Source: a virus
Reading direction: 5' to 3' (one strand)
Virus record (IMG/VR): IMGVR_UViG_3300029121_000001
Length of the DNA stretch: 64,000 nucleotides
Shown here: in pieces, positions 9,999 to 18,541 of the stretch
Numbering within the stretch: the stretch's first letter is position 1
How the letters are laid out: every line of letters starts with the position of its first letter
Made by a program: the position numbers and the translations under genes
Notes under the pieces: generated by a model
Databases searched by the model: none
Told to the model about the DNA's origin: nothing
The model's input: only the letters and a program-made list of their open reading frames with translations

Positions 9999-10053
9999 AA
10001 ACAATAGACCCAAACTCTAGAGTTTCAAATAATATTAAAAGGAGGAAAGTACC

Positions 10054-10305
10054 ATGTCCGTACTTCCTGAAATACAGTTCTCAAAAGTTTCTGTTTACAA
10101 ATATGATGATGGCAAAGCCACTCATATTATCAAGCACGAAGTAATACCGCATCTCATAAATGATGTATTGAACTGTAGAGACTCTACAAAGATCCTACCA
10201 GATAGATACATGAAATCTATCAACAATGCTAACGACCACTACTTGAAAGAGTACAACAAAGTCGCTGGCATTGCTAAAGTCCCTTCAATAACTGCATTAC
10301 TATAA
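10054..10305 (+). CDS. hypothetical protein
   Basis: 83-aa ORF, AAGGAGG RBS. Confidence 0.8.
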   Translation: MSVLPEIQFSKVSVYKYDDGKATHIIKHEVIPHLINDVLNCRDSTKILPDRYMKSINNANDHYLKEYNKVAGIAKVPSITALL

Positions 10306-10314
10306 TGTATATAG

Positions 10315-10337
10315 GTGTAGAGAATTATTCTTTACAC
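10315..10337 (+). terminator. intrinsic terminator after 10054..10305
   Basis: gtgtagagaa/ttctttacac hairpin followed by TTTTTATTTTTT. Confidence 0.7.
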
Positions 10338-10347
10338 TTTTTATTTT

Positions 10348-12822
10348 TTATTTCTTTTCGCCTTCGTTATTAGGCTGATTATTATTCTCTTGATTCTGAT
10401 TATTCTCTTGATTACCGTTATTTTTCTTATTATTCTTTTCCTGTTTCTTTTCGTTCTTACTAGAAGCTTTAATAACAGTTTTAAATAGATTCATATTCTG
10501 TTTATATGCTGCAAAAGCATTAGTACACTTAGCAGTTATAACAGAAATGTTTGTAGAGAAACAACGATGAATAGCATCATCAAGAGTTTTAGAATTATTA
10601 TCATCAACCTTACCAGTAGCCTTTTCAGCATCTTCAGTGGTCTTTTCACCAGGAGTAATCTCTGCTTCATTGAAAGGAAGTTCATCATCAATCTGAGAAA
10701 GTCCTAGACATTCAGCAAGATTAAATCCAGAATTAAAATCACTGATAGCAGACTCATGCCCAGTCTGTTGTTGGGCAGGTTTCTGAGATCCGGTTTCACT
10801 CTTAGGTTCACCAGAACTAGGTTGTTGTTGAGTTGCTTGATTATTGGTATCATTCGAAGGATTATTTCTCATCTTTACCATATAATCATTATAATTTCTA
10901 GAAGCATTCTTATAATCTTCATCAATTTGCTTATAATCATCATTAATAGTTCCAAGAGCATCAGATGAATATCCCTTATAAACAAATTCATCAACGTATT
11001 TAAATGCTTCATCAAAATTATATCTAATATTTGCTAGAGTCTTACCTTTACTATTATCAATATTAATATAAGCTCCTTGGTAAGCTTTATTAACTCTAGT
11101 AAGGAAAGAGTCATCCTTATCTTTTCCAGCAGTAGCTTTATAATCAGTTCCGGTAGTGCCATGAATTTTATTAAGTGCTGCATTCTCCATAGCATCATCA
11201 GACTGAAGATCTTTGCTAACAGGATCAAACTTAATGACTGTAGAATTCTTGAACAAATTAAGATTATAACAATACCATTGGTTAACTTGAGTATCCATGA
11301 TATTGATATTCTTTAGTTTATTCTTATTATCTTCCCAGAACTGTTTGTCTCCACCCTTGCCAAGAACTTCATCGATTCGCTGCTTAAATCTACCAATAGC
11401 CTCTCCAAGTCTAGAAATAATTTGTTTAAGCCAATTAAGGATACCAAATTTATTTTTAGACTTAGAATTATTTTCTTTATTATTATTCGAATCATTATTA
11501 TTTGAATTATTACTATCTTTATTTTGATTTTCTTGCGGCTTAGATTCTTCTGCTTTTCCATCACTTTTGCTACTGGAATCTTCTGGTCTTCCGATAGTAG
11601 GCTCATTAGATTGAGCGTCCCATTCTTCTCTAGTTAATTCTGTCAAGTATTGTTCAAGCATGCACTCAAACTTATACTCATTATAAACGTTCTCAATGAG
11701 CATATTAGTCATTGTGTTGTCATGCTGAATATCATAGAATTCTTTAACAGAATCTTCACCATTGAAGGAAATAGAATCAGCAGGAGTATCTTGAGCAACA
11801 TCTTCAACTGGCTTATCAGTATTTTCAGATAGATCACAGTATTTAAGAATTAATTCATGAGCAGTATTAATTACTGTAATAGAATCTTTTCCATATCCAT
11901 AAATATCAATTAATCTATGAATCTTTCTACTAGCAACAATATTAGCTACACAAATTACATTCTGAATTACATTAATCAAAGATGCTGACCGATGTCCATA
12001 TATATTTTTATATTCATTAGAACCATTATTCTCTAGATTATTAATATACTCATCTATTTTATGAAGGCAATTATTAAAGCTGGATTCTACATCAGCTTTC
12101 ATATAATCTAGAAGCTCAATAACTGTATCAATAGAATTAAGATTAGAATATGCTCTGATATAAGTATCTAGAAGAAATCTCTGAGTATATTTACGATCCG
12201 GCATTAATGTATCTGCAATTCCAACTGCAAAAGACATAGTGTTAGCGGCCTTAGAAGGATCATAAAAACTACCAAGCATATTATAAAGAATATTATCTTT
12301 AAAAGAATTGAAATCAGTATTCTCAGTAGTGATTCCCTTAATAGCAGAAATATTGGGGAACATCTTGTCTAGAATAACATTTCCAGCAGTAATTTCTCCA
12401 ATATTATGAATTTGTAGCTCTGCAGGATCTGCGATTACAATCATTCTCTTAATAAATTCAATTCTCTGTGATATAGAATATTTATATTCAATAGGATTTT
12501 TCTCTCTTGTCTTACAAGATTCGATAGTTTCCTTAGCACCAGAAATTTCTTCTAGTAGAGAATTCTTTACTGTAGAAATAGCTTCTTTAGCAGTTGTAAG
12601 AGAATCATAAATCTGGCTAAATTGAATATCTCCAGGCTCTTCAGATTCATTAATAGAAACAATATTTTGAACAGATTCTCTAAGAGTATTATTAAACTTA
12701 AGAGTATTTTGAAGAGTAAATTCTTCTACATTAACGCAATTATTGTAGTTAATATAATCAGGAATATGGCAATGAGAATTATATCCTTCAAGAAAGAATT
12801 TATAATTCATATTTAGTCCCAT
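10348..12822 (-). CDS. hypothetical protein with N/Q/S-rich low-complexity tracts
   Basis: 824-aa ORF. Confidence 0.85.
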   Translation of the reverse strand: MGLNMNYKFFLEGYNSHCHIPDYINYNNCVNVEEFTLQNTLKFNNTLRESVQNIVSINESEEPGDIQFSQIYDSLTTAKEAISTVKNSLLEEISGAKETIESCKTREKNPIEYKYSISQRIEFIKRMIVIADPAELQIHNIGEITAGNVILDKMFPNISAIKGITTENTDFNSFKDNILYNMLGSFYDPSKAANTMSFAVGIADTLMPDRKYTQRFLLDTYIRAYSNLNSIDTVIELLDYMKADVESSFNNCLHKIDEYINNLENNGSNEYKNIYGHRSASLINVIQNVICVANIVASRKIHRLIDIYGYGKDSITVINTAHELILKYCDLSENTDKPVEDVAQDTPADSISFNGEDSVKEFYDIQHDNTMTNMLIENVYNEYKFECMLEQYLTELTREEWDAQSNEPTIGRPEDSSSKSDGKAEESKPQENQNKDSNNSNNNDSNNNKENNSKSKNKFGILNWLKQIISRLGEAIGRFKQRIDEVLGKGGDKQFWEDNKNKLKNINIMDTQVNQWYCYNLNLFKNSTVIKFDPVSKDLQSDDAMENAALNKIHGTTGTDYKATAGKDKDDSFLTRVNKAYQGAYINIDNSKGKTLANIRYNFDEAFKYVDEFVYKGYSSDALGTINDDYKQIDEDYKNASRNYNDYMVKMRNNPSNDTNNQATQQQPSSGEPKSETGSQKPAQQQTGHESAISDFNSGFNLAECLGLSQIDDELPFNEAEITPGEKTTEDAEKATGKVDDNNSKTLDDAIHRCFSTNISVITAKCTNAFAAYKQNMNLFKTVIKASSKNEKKQEKNNKKNNGNQENNQNQENNNQPNNEGEKK

Positions 12823-12881
12823 TTATAAGCGCCCCTTTCTTTATGAATAGAAGTAGATTATTATAAAGTTTTCAAGATAAA

Positions 12882-12910
12882 GTCCCTATGGACTTTTAAT
12901 CCATAGGGAC
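12882..12910 (-). terminator. hairpin after cassette a
   Basis: gtccctatgga/tccatagggac stem just after the cassette stop. Confidence 0.55.
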
Positions 12911-12914
12911 GATT

Positions 12915-13139
12915 TTAAATATATATTATATTAGCATAACTACTATAGTTTCTAAAATCGAACCCACTGCTCCAGTCAAATCCATATGTAGCATATACTT
13001 TACCGTTATATTGATATGCTGTAAAATATTCAGATTGTCCTGGACTATCTAATAAATCACATCCTATCATTGTGCCATTTAATGGATATCCACTAGTAGT
13101 AATATAAATATTATTAAGCTTTTTTATAGAAGCGTCAGA
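12915..13139 (-). CDS. startless cassette a (74 aa), SDAS...IIYI family
   Basis: Opens at TCT GAC GCT TCT directly after an in-frame TAA. No start codon, no RBS. SDASIKKLNNIYITTSGYPLNGTMIGCDLLDSPGQSEYFTAYQYNGKVYATYGFDWSSGFDFRNYSSYANIIYI. Paralogue of cassette j. Confidence 0.6.
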   Translation of the reverse strand, partial: SDASIKKLNNIYITTSGYPLNGTMIGCDLLDSPGQSEYFTAYQYNGKVYATYGFDWSSGFDFRNYSSYANIIYI

Positions 13140-13156
13140 TTATAAAAAAAATAAAA

Positions 13157-13177
13157 GGTGGGCGAATGAAACCCACC
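13157..13177 (-). terminator. intrinsic terminator after 13229..13555, abutting the cassette motif
   Basis: GGTGGG/CCCACC hairpin followed by TTTTATTTTTTTT on the minus strand, then TATAATCTGACGCTTCT. Confidence 0.7.
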
Positions 13178-13228
13178 CCTTCCGTAAAATTCTGATTGAT
13201 ACAGGATCTGTCAATTGTATACTAACGT

Positions 13229-13555
13229 TTATCCGATTATATCCATGATAAACTTAATACATTCTTTGGCCATATCACAGGCAACTCCAACATACTTTCG
13301 ATCCTCCTTATTGACAATGTACACATGTACATTGTCAATTTTGGAGACATCATTATTGAATAAATCAATAATAATTTCTTCCATTTTTGAACTGTTAAAT
13401 TCCATTTTGATCCCATCAGACGATAATATTAAAGCATTACCATCATCGTTTTTACTGATGTATGCAATAAAATCACATATATCAGTACCAAAGTATTTGG
13501 TAAATAGTGCTTTGCATTTATCAGTGCTTAGCTTGAGACGTACATCTATCATCAT
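13229..13555 (-). CDS. hypothetical protein
   Basis: ORF with AAGGAGG RBS before ATGATG at 13555 (MMIDVRLK). The track start at 13588 is upstream of the RBS. Confidence 0.75.
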   Translation of the reverse strand: MMIDVRLKLSTDKCKALFTKYFGTDICDFIAYISKNDDGNALILSSDGIKMEFNSSKMEEIIIDLFNNDVSKIDNVHVYIVNKEDRKYVGVACDMAKECIKFIMDIIG

Positions 13556-13619
13556 AATAATTAACCTCCTTTTATGATGATGAAACAATCCGAAATAGAG
13601 AATTCTTATATTCCTATCT

Positions 13620-13635
13620 CAATTTTATATTATGT
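13620..13635 (-). promoter_or_regulatory. promoter-like motif ACATAATATAAAATTG
   Basis: Degenerate copy of AGATATTATAAWWWTG, 65 nt upstream of the 13555 start. Confidence 0.35.
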
Positions 13636-13661
13636 AAGTGAAAATATACACTTTAAATAAA

Positions 13662-13922
13662 TCTGACGCTTCTATTAAGATAAAGAATAAAATTGTAAAT
13701 GTAAAAGATTATTATACATTTAGAGATGGTATCATATTAAATACCTGCCTTATGACGTATTCTAATGTAAGTTATTCATATAGGCCATTTATTCAAGTGC
13801 GTTACGATAATAATGATAATAGTTATAGTATTAGAATACAATGTATCATTAATAGTGATATTGATGGATATAATTTCGATAATAGTGTGAATGATGGAAG
13901 TATTATAATATATTATATATAA
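13662..13922 (+). CDS. startless cassette b (86 aa), the only motif copy on the plus strand
   Basis: AAATAAATCTGACGCTTCTATTAAG. SDASIKIKNKIVNVKDYYTF...SIIIYYI. The frame is open from 13638 (GTG), but there is no RBS. Confidence 0.55.
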   Translation, partial: SDASIKIKNKIVNVKDYYTFRDGIILNTCLMTYSNVSYSYRPFIQVRYDNNDNSYSIRIQCIINSDIDGYNFDNSVNDGSIIIYYI

Positions 13923-13926
13923 AATA

Positions 13927-13955
13927 ATCCAGTAGGAATTAAATTCCTACTGGAT
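13927..13955. terminator. bidirectional hairpin between convergent cassette b and the radical SAM gene
   Basis: atccagtaggaatt/aattcctactggat. Confidence 0.6.
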
Positions 13956-13962
13956 ATTATTG

Positions 13963-15297
13963 TTACTTATTAAATGCTTCTTTTTCTAGATTAAATAAAT
14001 AATCAGCTTCTTCTTTACCAAGAATATCTACTACTTCATTATATGGAAGATTGATCTTTGTTGGATCTTTATCTCCTAACTCAATACATCTTCTATTATA
14101 ATAGTAATAGTATCCTAATACTCTACCTTTATGAGCATAACAAATTCCAGTATATCTTTTATTCGCAGTTCCATATAATTCATAATTATATGCAGAACAC
14201 CAACCACAATTCAAAGATACAGGACAATCAATACACTTCTTTGGAGATTGAGAAGTGAATGTTATAGAATCAAGTTCTTTCTTGATATTCTTACTACTCT
14301 CTGATTTAAATAATCCATTAAAGCAATCACCAATAATAATTTTATTAGCTTTCTCTTTTCCAATAGATATAGGAGCATATCTAATACAAGGATAAGCATT
14401 GCCATCTGGGTCAAATGCCATCATATGACCGGTACCACCACAGAAATTCTTATCATCATGCTGTAGATTGACTGCTCCTCCGAGAGTAGAATCAAGTAAA
14501 GCTACAATAGCATTACTTTTATTTTGAATTAAATAATTAGAAAGCTTCTTTAATTCAAAATAAATATTCTTTGCATCACTAATAGAATATTCTGGTTCAT
14601 ATGCAAAATTGCAATTAACAAGGTTACATCCATTCTCAATCATCATCTTAATAGATGGAGTAATATATTGAACAGAATTGGGAACAAATGTCATTTTACT
14701 ATTCGCTGAACCATAAATATTTTTTACATCAAGAAATGCTTTATATGCTTTTTCAAATGATCCTTCTCCATATCTATCGATTCTATATTTATCATGAAGA
14801 TCTTGAATACCATCAATAGATACAGTAATTGATAAGAATTCTTTATACTTATGCACAAAATGTTGTACATCTTTATCAAACCAATTCTGACCATTTGTAG
14901 CAAAAGCAATTCTAGTAAATTGAGCAATAGGAATATTCCTTAAATAGCATTGATGAAAGAAATAATCACATATTTCTTCTACTAATTTTGCTTCTAGCAT
15001 TGGTTCTCCACCAATAAAATCAAGAATAATACTTTTTGTATTCTTATTGATAAAATCAGTGTCATTATCCTCATACATATCTAGAATTCTATCAATACAT
15101 TTTTTACCAATATAGAGAGACATAGATCCATCAGACTTATGATGTTCATAACAATAAGAGCAACGAAGATTACACTGATTTGTTACCTGAAATGTAATTT
15201 CTCGTGCAGCCTCCATTTTTCGATCTTCTCCATTTGAAAAAATCTCTCGAATATACTCACCATAATTGTCTCTAGATCGACTATTAATACTTACCAT
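13963..15297 (-). CDS. radical SAM enzyme with C-terminal SPASM-like Cys cluster (anaerobic sulfatase maturase / peptide maturase family)
   Basis: CNLRCSYCYEHH (CxxxCxxC), GGEP motif. C-terminal CIDCPVSLNCGWCSAYNY...GICYAHKG. Confidence 0.85.
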   Translation of the reverse strand: MVSINSRSRDNYGEYIREIFSNGEDRKMEAAREITFQVTNQCNLRCSYCYEHHKSDGSMSLYIGKKCIDRILDMYEDNDTDFINKNTKSIILDFIGGEPMLEAKLVEEICDYFFHQCYLRNIPIAQFTRIAFATNGQNWFDKDVQHFVHKYKEFLSITVSIDGIQDLHDKYRIDRYGEGSFEKAYKAFLDVKNIYGSANSKMTFVPNSVQYITPSIKMMIENGCNLVNCNFAYEPEYSISDAKNIYFELKKLSNYLIQNKSNAIVALLDSTLGGAVNLQHDDKNFCGGTGHMMAFDPDGNAYPCIRYAPISIGKEKANKIIIGDCFNGLFKSESSKNIKKELDSITFTSQSPKKCIDCPVSLNCGWCSAYNYELYGTANKRYTGICYAHKGRVLGYYYYYNRRCIELGDKDPTKINLPYNEVVDILGKEEADYLFNLEKEAFNK

Positions 15298-15584
15298 GTT
15301 AATTCTACCTCATTATTATCGAAATCAAATTCATATTCTATAGAAGAAGGAACTTTTCCGATTATAGAGGCAATAAGAGTATTTACGTTTACCATAAATT
15401 CAATATAGGCATTCTGATAATCTACTCTATATTTATCTATCATAGCTGCAGTTTCTGCGGATTTATTTTCTGCAAATTCACGAGCCAATACACAAATGAA
15501 ATTTTTATAACTCATCATAATATAATGAAGTCTTTCAATTGTAATAGATTGCTCTTTATCAATATTAACTTTCTTTTTCTGCAT
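15291..15584 (-). CDS. hypothetical protein
   Basis: ORF overlapping both neighbours. The ATG at 15584 (MQKKKVN) follows GGAG; the track start at 15605 is less likely. Confidence 0.65.
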   Translation of the reverse strand: MQKKKVNIDKEQSITIERLHYIMMSYKNFICVLAREFAENKSAETAAMIDKYRVDYQNAYIEFMVNVNTLIASIIGKVPSSIEYEFDFDNNEVELTW

Positions 15585-16185
15585 TATTATTAGTCTCCAT
15601 TTCAATCAGATGATAAGCTGTAGTTTCAGTTTTAAGAGATTCATATCGATCTCTTATATAAAAAATTTTATCGAGAATCCTGATAAGAAGACTATTGTCT
15701 CTATCCTTTTCTTCAATCATCTTATTAGCAATTGAACGTAGCACAGTATAAAGACAATATACATGAAAATTAGAATTTGTACTCATACTTAGAAAAATGT
15801 TTATTTTATTATTATCTATAGGAAATCCATCAATAACAGTAAAATTGCATTTATCTGAATATGTCTTTAAAGTAATTGTATATATAGTAAGAAGTATTTC
15901 TTCATCTGTAGCATCATAATTACATGCTGAAAAAATACTAGATACTACAGAACTTACATATTTTGCATAATCATGTATATTAATAGAAAAGTCAGAATGA
16001 CAAAGTGTGCAAAAATAATCTATATAACAAAATTCGGGTTCTTTAGATATATTATCAAAAATAATAAGCATATCTTTAGTAATTGGATCCATTGAAAGAA
16101 ATCTATTAAGTAAGAAATTCTTTTTAAAGAATTTATCATTTTTAGAATAATTTATAGTAAAGGTATCATTAGTAATATCTATCAT
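15565..16185 (-). CDS. hypothetical protein
   Basis: 206-aa ORF, GGAGG RBS. Confidence 0.8.
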   Translation of the reverse strand: MIDITNDTFTINYSKNDKFFKKNFLLNRFLSMDPITKDMLIIFDNISKEPEFCYIDYFCTLCHSDFSINIHDYAKYVSSVVSSIFSACNYDATDEEILLTIYTITLKTYSDKCNFTVIDGFPIDNNKINIFLSMSTNSNFHVYCLYTVLRSIANKMIEEKDRDNSLLIRILDKIFYIRDRYESLKTETTAYHLIEMETNNNAEKES

Positions 16186-16198
16186 AAAATATCCTCCA

Positions 16199-16756
16199 TT
16201 ACATTAACCAAAATCCACATCCAGAGCAAGATTCACAAGTATGAGCACATCCAGATCCACACCCTTCGCATCCATCACACCCTCCACTACATCCTCCACT
16301 ACATCCAGAGCAAGTAGTGTTACATCCTCCACTACAATTTGTTTTACAATTTCCAGAACATCCTTTACAACCACCATAGCAACCAGTATTGCACAATCCA
16401 CTACAAGATGCTTTACATCCAGTAGAGGTCGCATCTTTAGCAATTTTAGAAAGATTGCCTACTGATGTAGTAGCATTTGTAAGTACACTAGCAATAACAT
16501 TAGCATTTTTATCAGGAGTTGTATTACTACCAGTAACAGCATCCAAAGGTTTAGTAATCTTTTGAATGTGTTCTAAATTGATTTTAATATCTTTACCTTG
16601 AGCTGGTGTAGTAGTATAATCATATGAAGTTCCATTATAGGATTTCATACTTCCAACACTTGCTGAATTTGATCTACGTGTAATCTCCGATTTTACGAGT
16701 TTCTTAAGTGCAGTAAAATCACTAGCATTAATTAATTCGCTTTTTTTAATACCCAT
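16199..16756 (-). CDS. protein with an extremely Cys/Gly/Ser-rich C-terminal tail
   Basis: 185 aa. The last 72 residues contain 19 Cys at 3-4 residue spacing (CKASCSGLCNTGCYGGCKGCSGNC...CESCSGCGFWLM). Confidence 0.8.
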   Translation of the reverse strand: MGIKKSELINASDFTALKKLVKSEITRRSNSASVGSMKSYNGTSYDYTTTPAQGKDIKINLEHIQKITKPLDAVTGSNTTPDKNANVIASVLTNATTSVGNLSKIAKDATSTGCKASCSGLCNTGCYGGCKGCSGNCKTNCSGGCNTTCSGCSGGCSGGCDGCEGCGSGCAHTCESCSGCGFWLM

Positions 16757-16760
16757 AATA

Positions 16761-17303
16761 TTACCCTCTTACACGAATGCGTACTCGACGAATATCTGTA
16801 TTAAGATCTTCATCGACTGCATATCCTACAATTTGTGTATTTTCTACTATTTCATCATGAAGTTTTGCTTTACCAACTCCAGAAATATCAGAAACTATAA
16901 TAGTATCTCCACGATGAATTTCTCCAATACACTTACAGTATACACGGCCACATAGTGATACAGGAATATATTTCTTAATATTCTTAGAAATATAATCATC
17001 ACTATTATCATATTGATCACCACCAATAATCATAGCATATTCATCAGAATGAACACCTGCAATAATACTACTTTTATTAGTAGCTTTAATATAGCTTTCT
17101 TTATCAGAAGATAGATCAAGAGCAATAATATCTCCAGGTTCTGTATATTCTCCTCTAGGGAAGAATTCTGCATAGTCATTATATACAGCACCATAACATT
17201 TACTAAATTTTGCTACACCATTTTTATCTACATAATAACTAGCACTACCAAAATTAATAGTACCCGTCATTGTTCCACCAGACTTAAGAAGATAAGCGTC
17301 AAA
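16761..17303 (-). CDS. startless cassette c: tail-fibre-like C-terminal module with Peptidase_G2/IMC-like domain
   Basis: Opens TAA TAA TTT GAC GCT TAT, giving FDAYLLKSGGTMTGTINF (classic fibre motif). DYAEFF...IAGVHS...PVSLCGRVYCKC resembles the phi29 gp12-type autochaperone. An internal ATG at 17270 has no RBS. Confidence 0.6.
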   Translation of the reverse strand, partial: FDAYLLKSGGTMTGTINFGSASYYVDKNGVAKFSKCYGAVYNDYAEFFPRGEYTEPGDIIALDLSSDKESYIKATNKSSIIAGVHSDEYAMIIGGDQYDNSDDYISKNIKKYIPVSLCGRVYCKCIGEIHRGDTIIVSDISGVGKAKLHDEIVENTQIVGYAVDEDLNTDIRRVRIRVRG

Positions 17304-17340
17304 TTATTATAATTTTAATATATTTCAAAAAAAAGAAAAA

Positions 17341-17364
17341 CCAATAGAGAGAAATCTCTATTGG
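17341..17364 (-). terminator. intrinsic terminator between cassettes d and c
   Basis: ccaatagaga/tctctattgg hairpin followed by TTTTTCTTTTTTTT on the minus strand. Confidence 0.7.
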
Positions 17365-17371
17365 TTTATAA

Positions 17372-17587
17372 TTAAATATAATACACTATACAAGATATAT
17401 TATCATCCGTCCAAGTTGATGTATTACTACCTAAAGTAAAATGAATACAATATATCCAAGATGATTTAGATATAAATGCAATATAATTATAATAGTTTTC
17501 TTTAATTGCAACAGATATTGGAATTCCTAATGTAAACTTTTGTCCTGATTTAAAATCTATACTCTTAATTTTAGTAGAAGCGTCAGA
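17372..17587 (-). CDS. startless cassette d (71 aa)
   Basis: TGA TCT GAC GCT TCT. SDASTKIKSIDFKSGQKFTLGIPISVAIKENYYNYIAFISKSSWIYCIHFTLGSNTSTWTDDNISCIVYYI. No in-frame start near the 5' end, no RBS. Confidence 0.6.
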   Translation of the reverse strand, partial: SDASTKIKSIDFKSGQKFTLGIPISVAIKENYYNYIAFISKSSWIYCIHFTLGSNTSTWTDDNISCIVYYI

Positions 17588-17606
17588 TCATTCAAAAAAA
17601 AAATAA

Positions 17607-17632
17607 AAGCATGAAATTAGATTTCATGCTTT
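17607..17632 (-). terminator. intrinsic terminator after 17647..18390, abutting the cassette motif
   Basis: agcatgaaat/atttcatgct hairpin followed by TTTTATTTTTTTTTT. Confidence 0.7.
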
Positions 17633-17646
17633 TATTTTATGATATC

Positions 17647-18390
17647 TCAAATATGTTCTTTTATAATATCAATAATTGCCTTAATCAATCTTCTTTCATC
17701 GTGCTTTTCAATATTACTATTACTGCAAAAATCATTGAATTTTGTTCTAAAGTTTTCAATATCAGAAGAAGTCATATAAATATGAGATAATTGTGTCATA
17801 CTTAAAAGATTATAGTCTGGTTTTCCGAATAGATCATTATAAAGTTTGTCAACCAAGTATTCTTTTCTTTTTTGATCAATACATCTTATCCATACATCTC
17901 CAAGAGTGATAGAATCACTATTATTGACATTGATATATAATTCATATATATTTTCTAAAAGTCTAATGGTAATGACTACTTTATTATCAGAATCTAATTT
18001 TTTACTAATAAATTCCAAAGATTCAATCATTCTATTTGTTGTATTAATATTATGACAATTAATAAAATATCTTATCATATCATCATTATTTAATTTAATT
18101 TTACGCATCCTTCTACCAGATAATACTTTGTTACTGTTACAAAATGCAATAGATTTGAACTGCTCATATTTATCTTTAGCACATTCATAACTTTCAAAAT
18201 TATATCTACTAATTTTAACCTTTTTACCTCCATTAATATCGAATATAATATTTCTAATTGTAATAACATATGATAGATAATCATTATAACTATAACTTTC
18301 AATCATAACACATGTTTTACTATCAGAAGAATATCCCAATAAACTAACCATAATATCATCTTTTATAGTAGTAATAAATCTTTCTCTCAT
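17647..18390 (-). CDS. hypothetical protein
   Basis: 247-aa ORF, AAGGAG RBS. Confidence 0.85.
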   Translation of the reverse strand: MRERFITTIKDDIMVSLLGYSSDSKTCVMIESYSYNDYLSYVITIRNIIFDINGGKKVKISRYNFESYECAKDKYEQFKSIAFCNSNKVLSGRRMRKIKLNNDDMIRYFINCHNINTTNRMIESLEFISKKLDSDNKVVITIRLLENIYELYINVNNSDSITLGDVWIRCIDQKRKEYLVDKLYNDLFGKPDYNLLSMTQLSHIYMTSSDIENFRTKFNDFCSNSNIEKHDERRLIKAIIDIIKEHI

Positions 18391-18447
18391 TGTAATTCTC
18401 CTTTATTTTAGATAATTTAAAATAGAGTACATTATTCTCTATTTCTT

Positions 18448-18463
18448 CAATTTTATAATATCT
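18448..18463 (-). promoter_or_regulatory. promoter-like motif AGATATTATAAAATTG
   Basis: 58 nt upstream of the 18390 start; identical to the copy at 33937-33952. Confidence 0.5.
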
Positions 18464-18541
18464 AATTCAAAATCATTATATATATAACGATATTTCACAT
18501 CATAATAATTCTCAAAACTTTTCATAAAGGAGACAATTATT

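Noticed and set aside
10750-11560. Low-complexity N/Q/S-rich DNA in 10348..12822 (and similar in 23231..24931, 3709..5658) as tandem-repeat satellites
   Set aside because: These stretches stay in frame within long ORFs and are imperfect at the DNA level. They are best explained as disordered, low-complexity protein segments.
16204-16465. Alternative-frame ORFs (16204..16443 minus, 16241..16465 plus) over the Cys-rich tail
   Set aside because: They are artefacts of the repetitive TGC/GGA/TCC-rich coding repeat. The in-frame 185-aa ORF has an RBS and a normal N-terminal domain.
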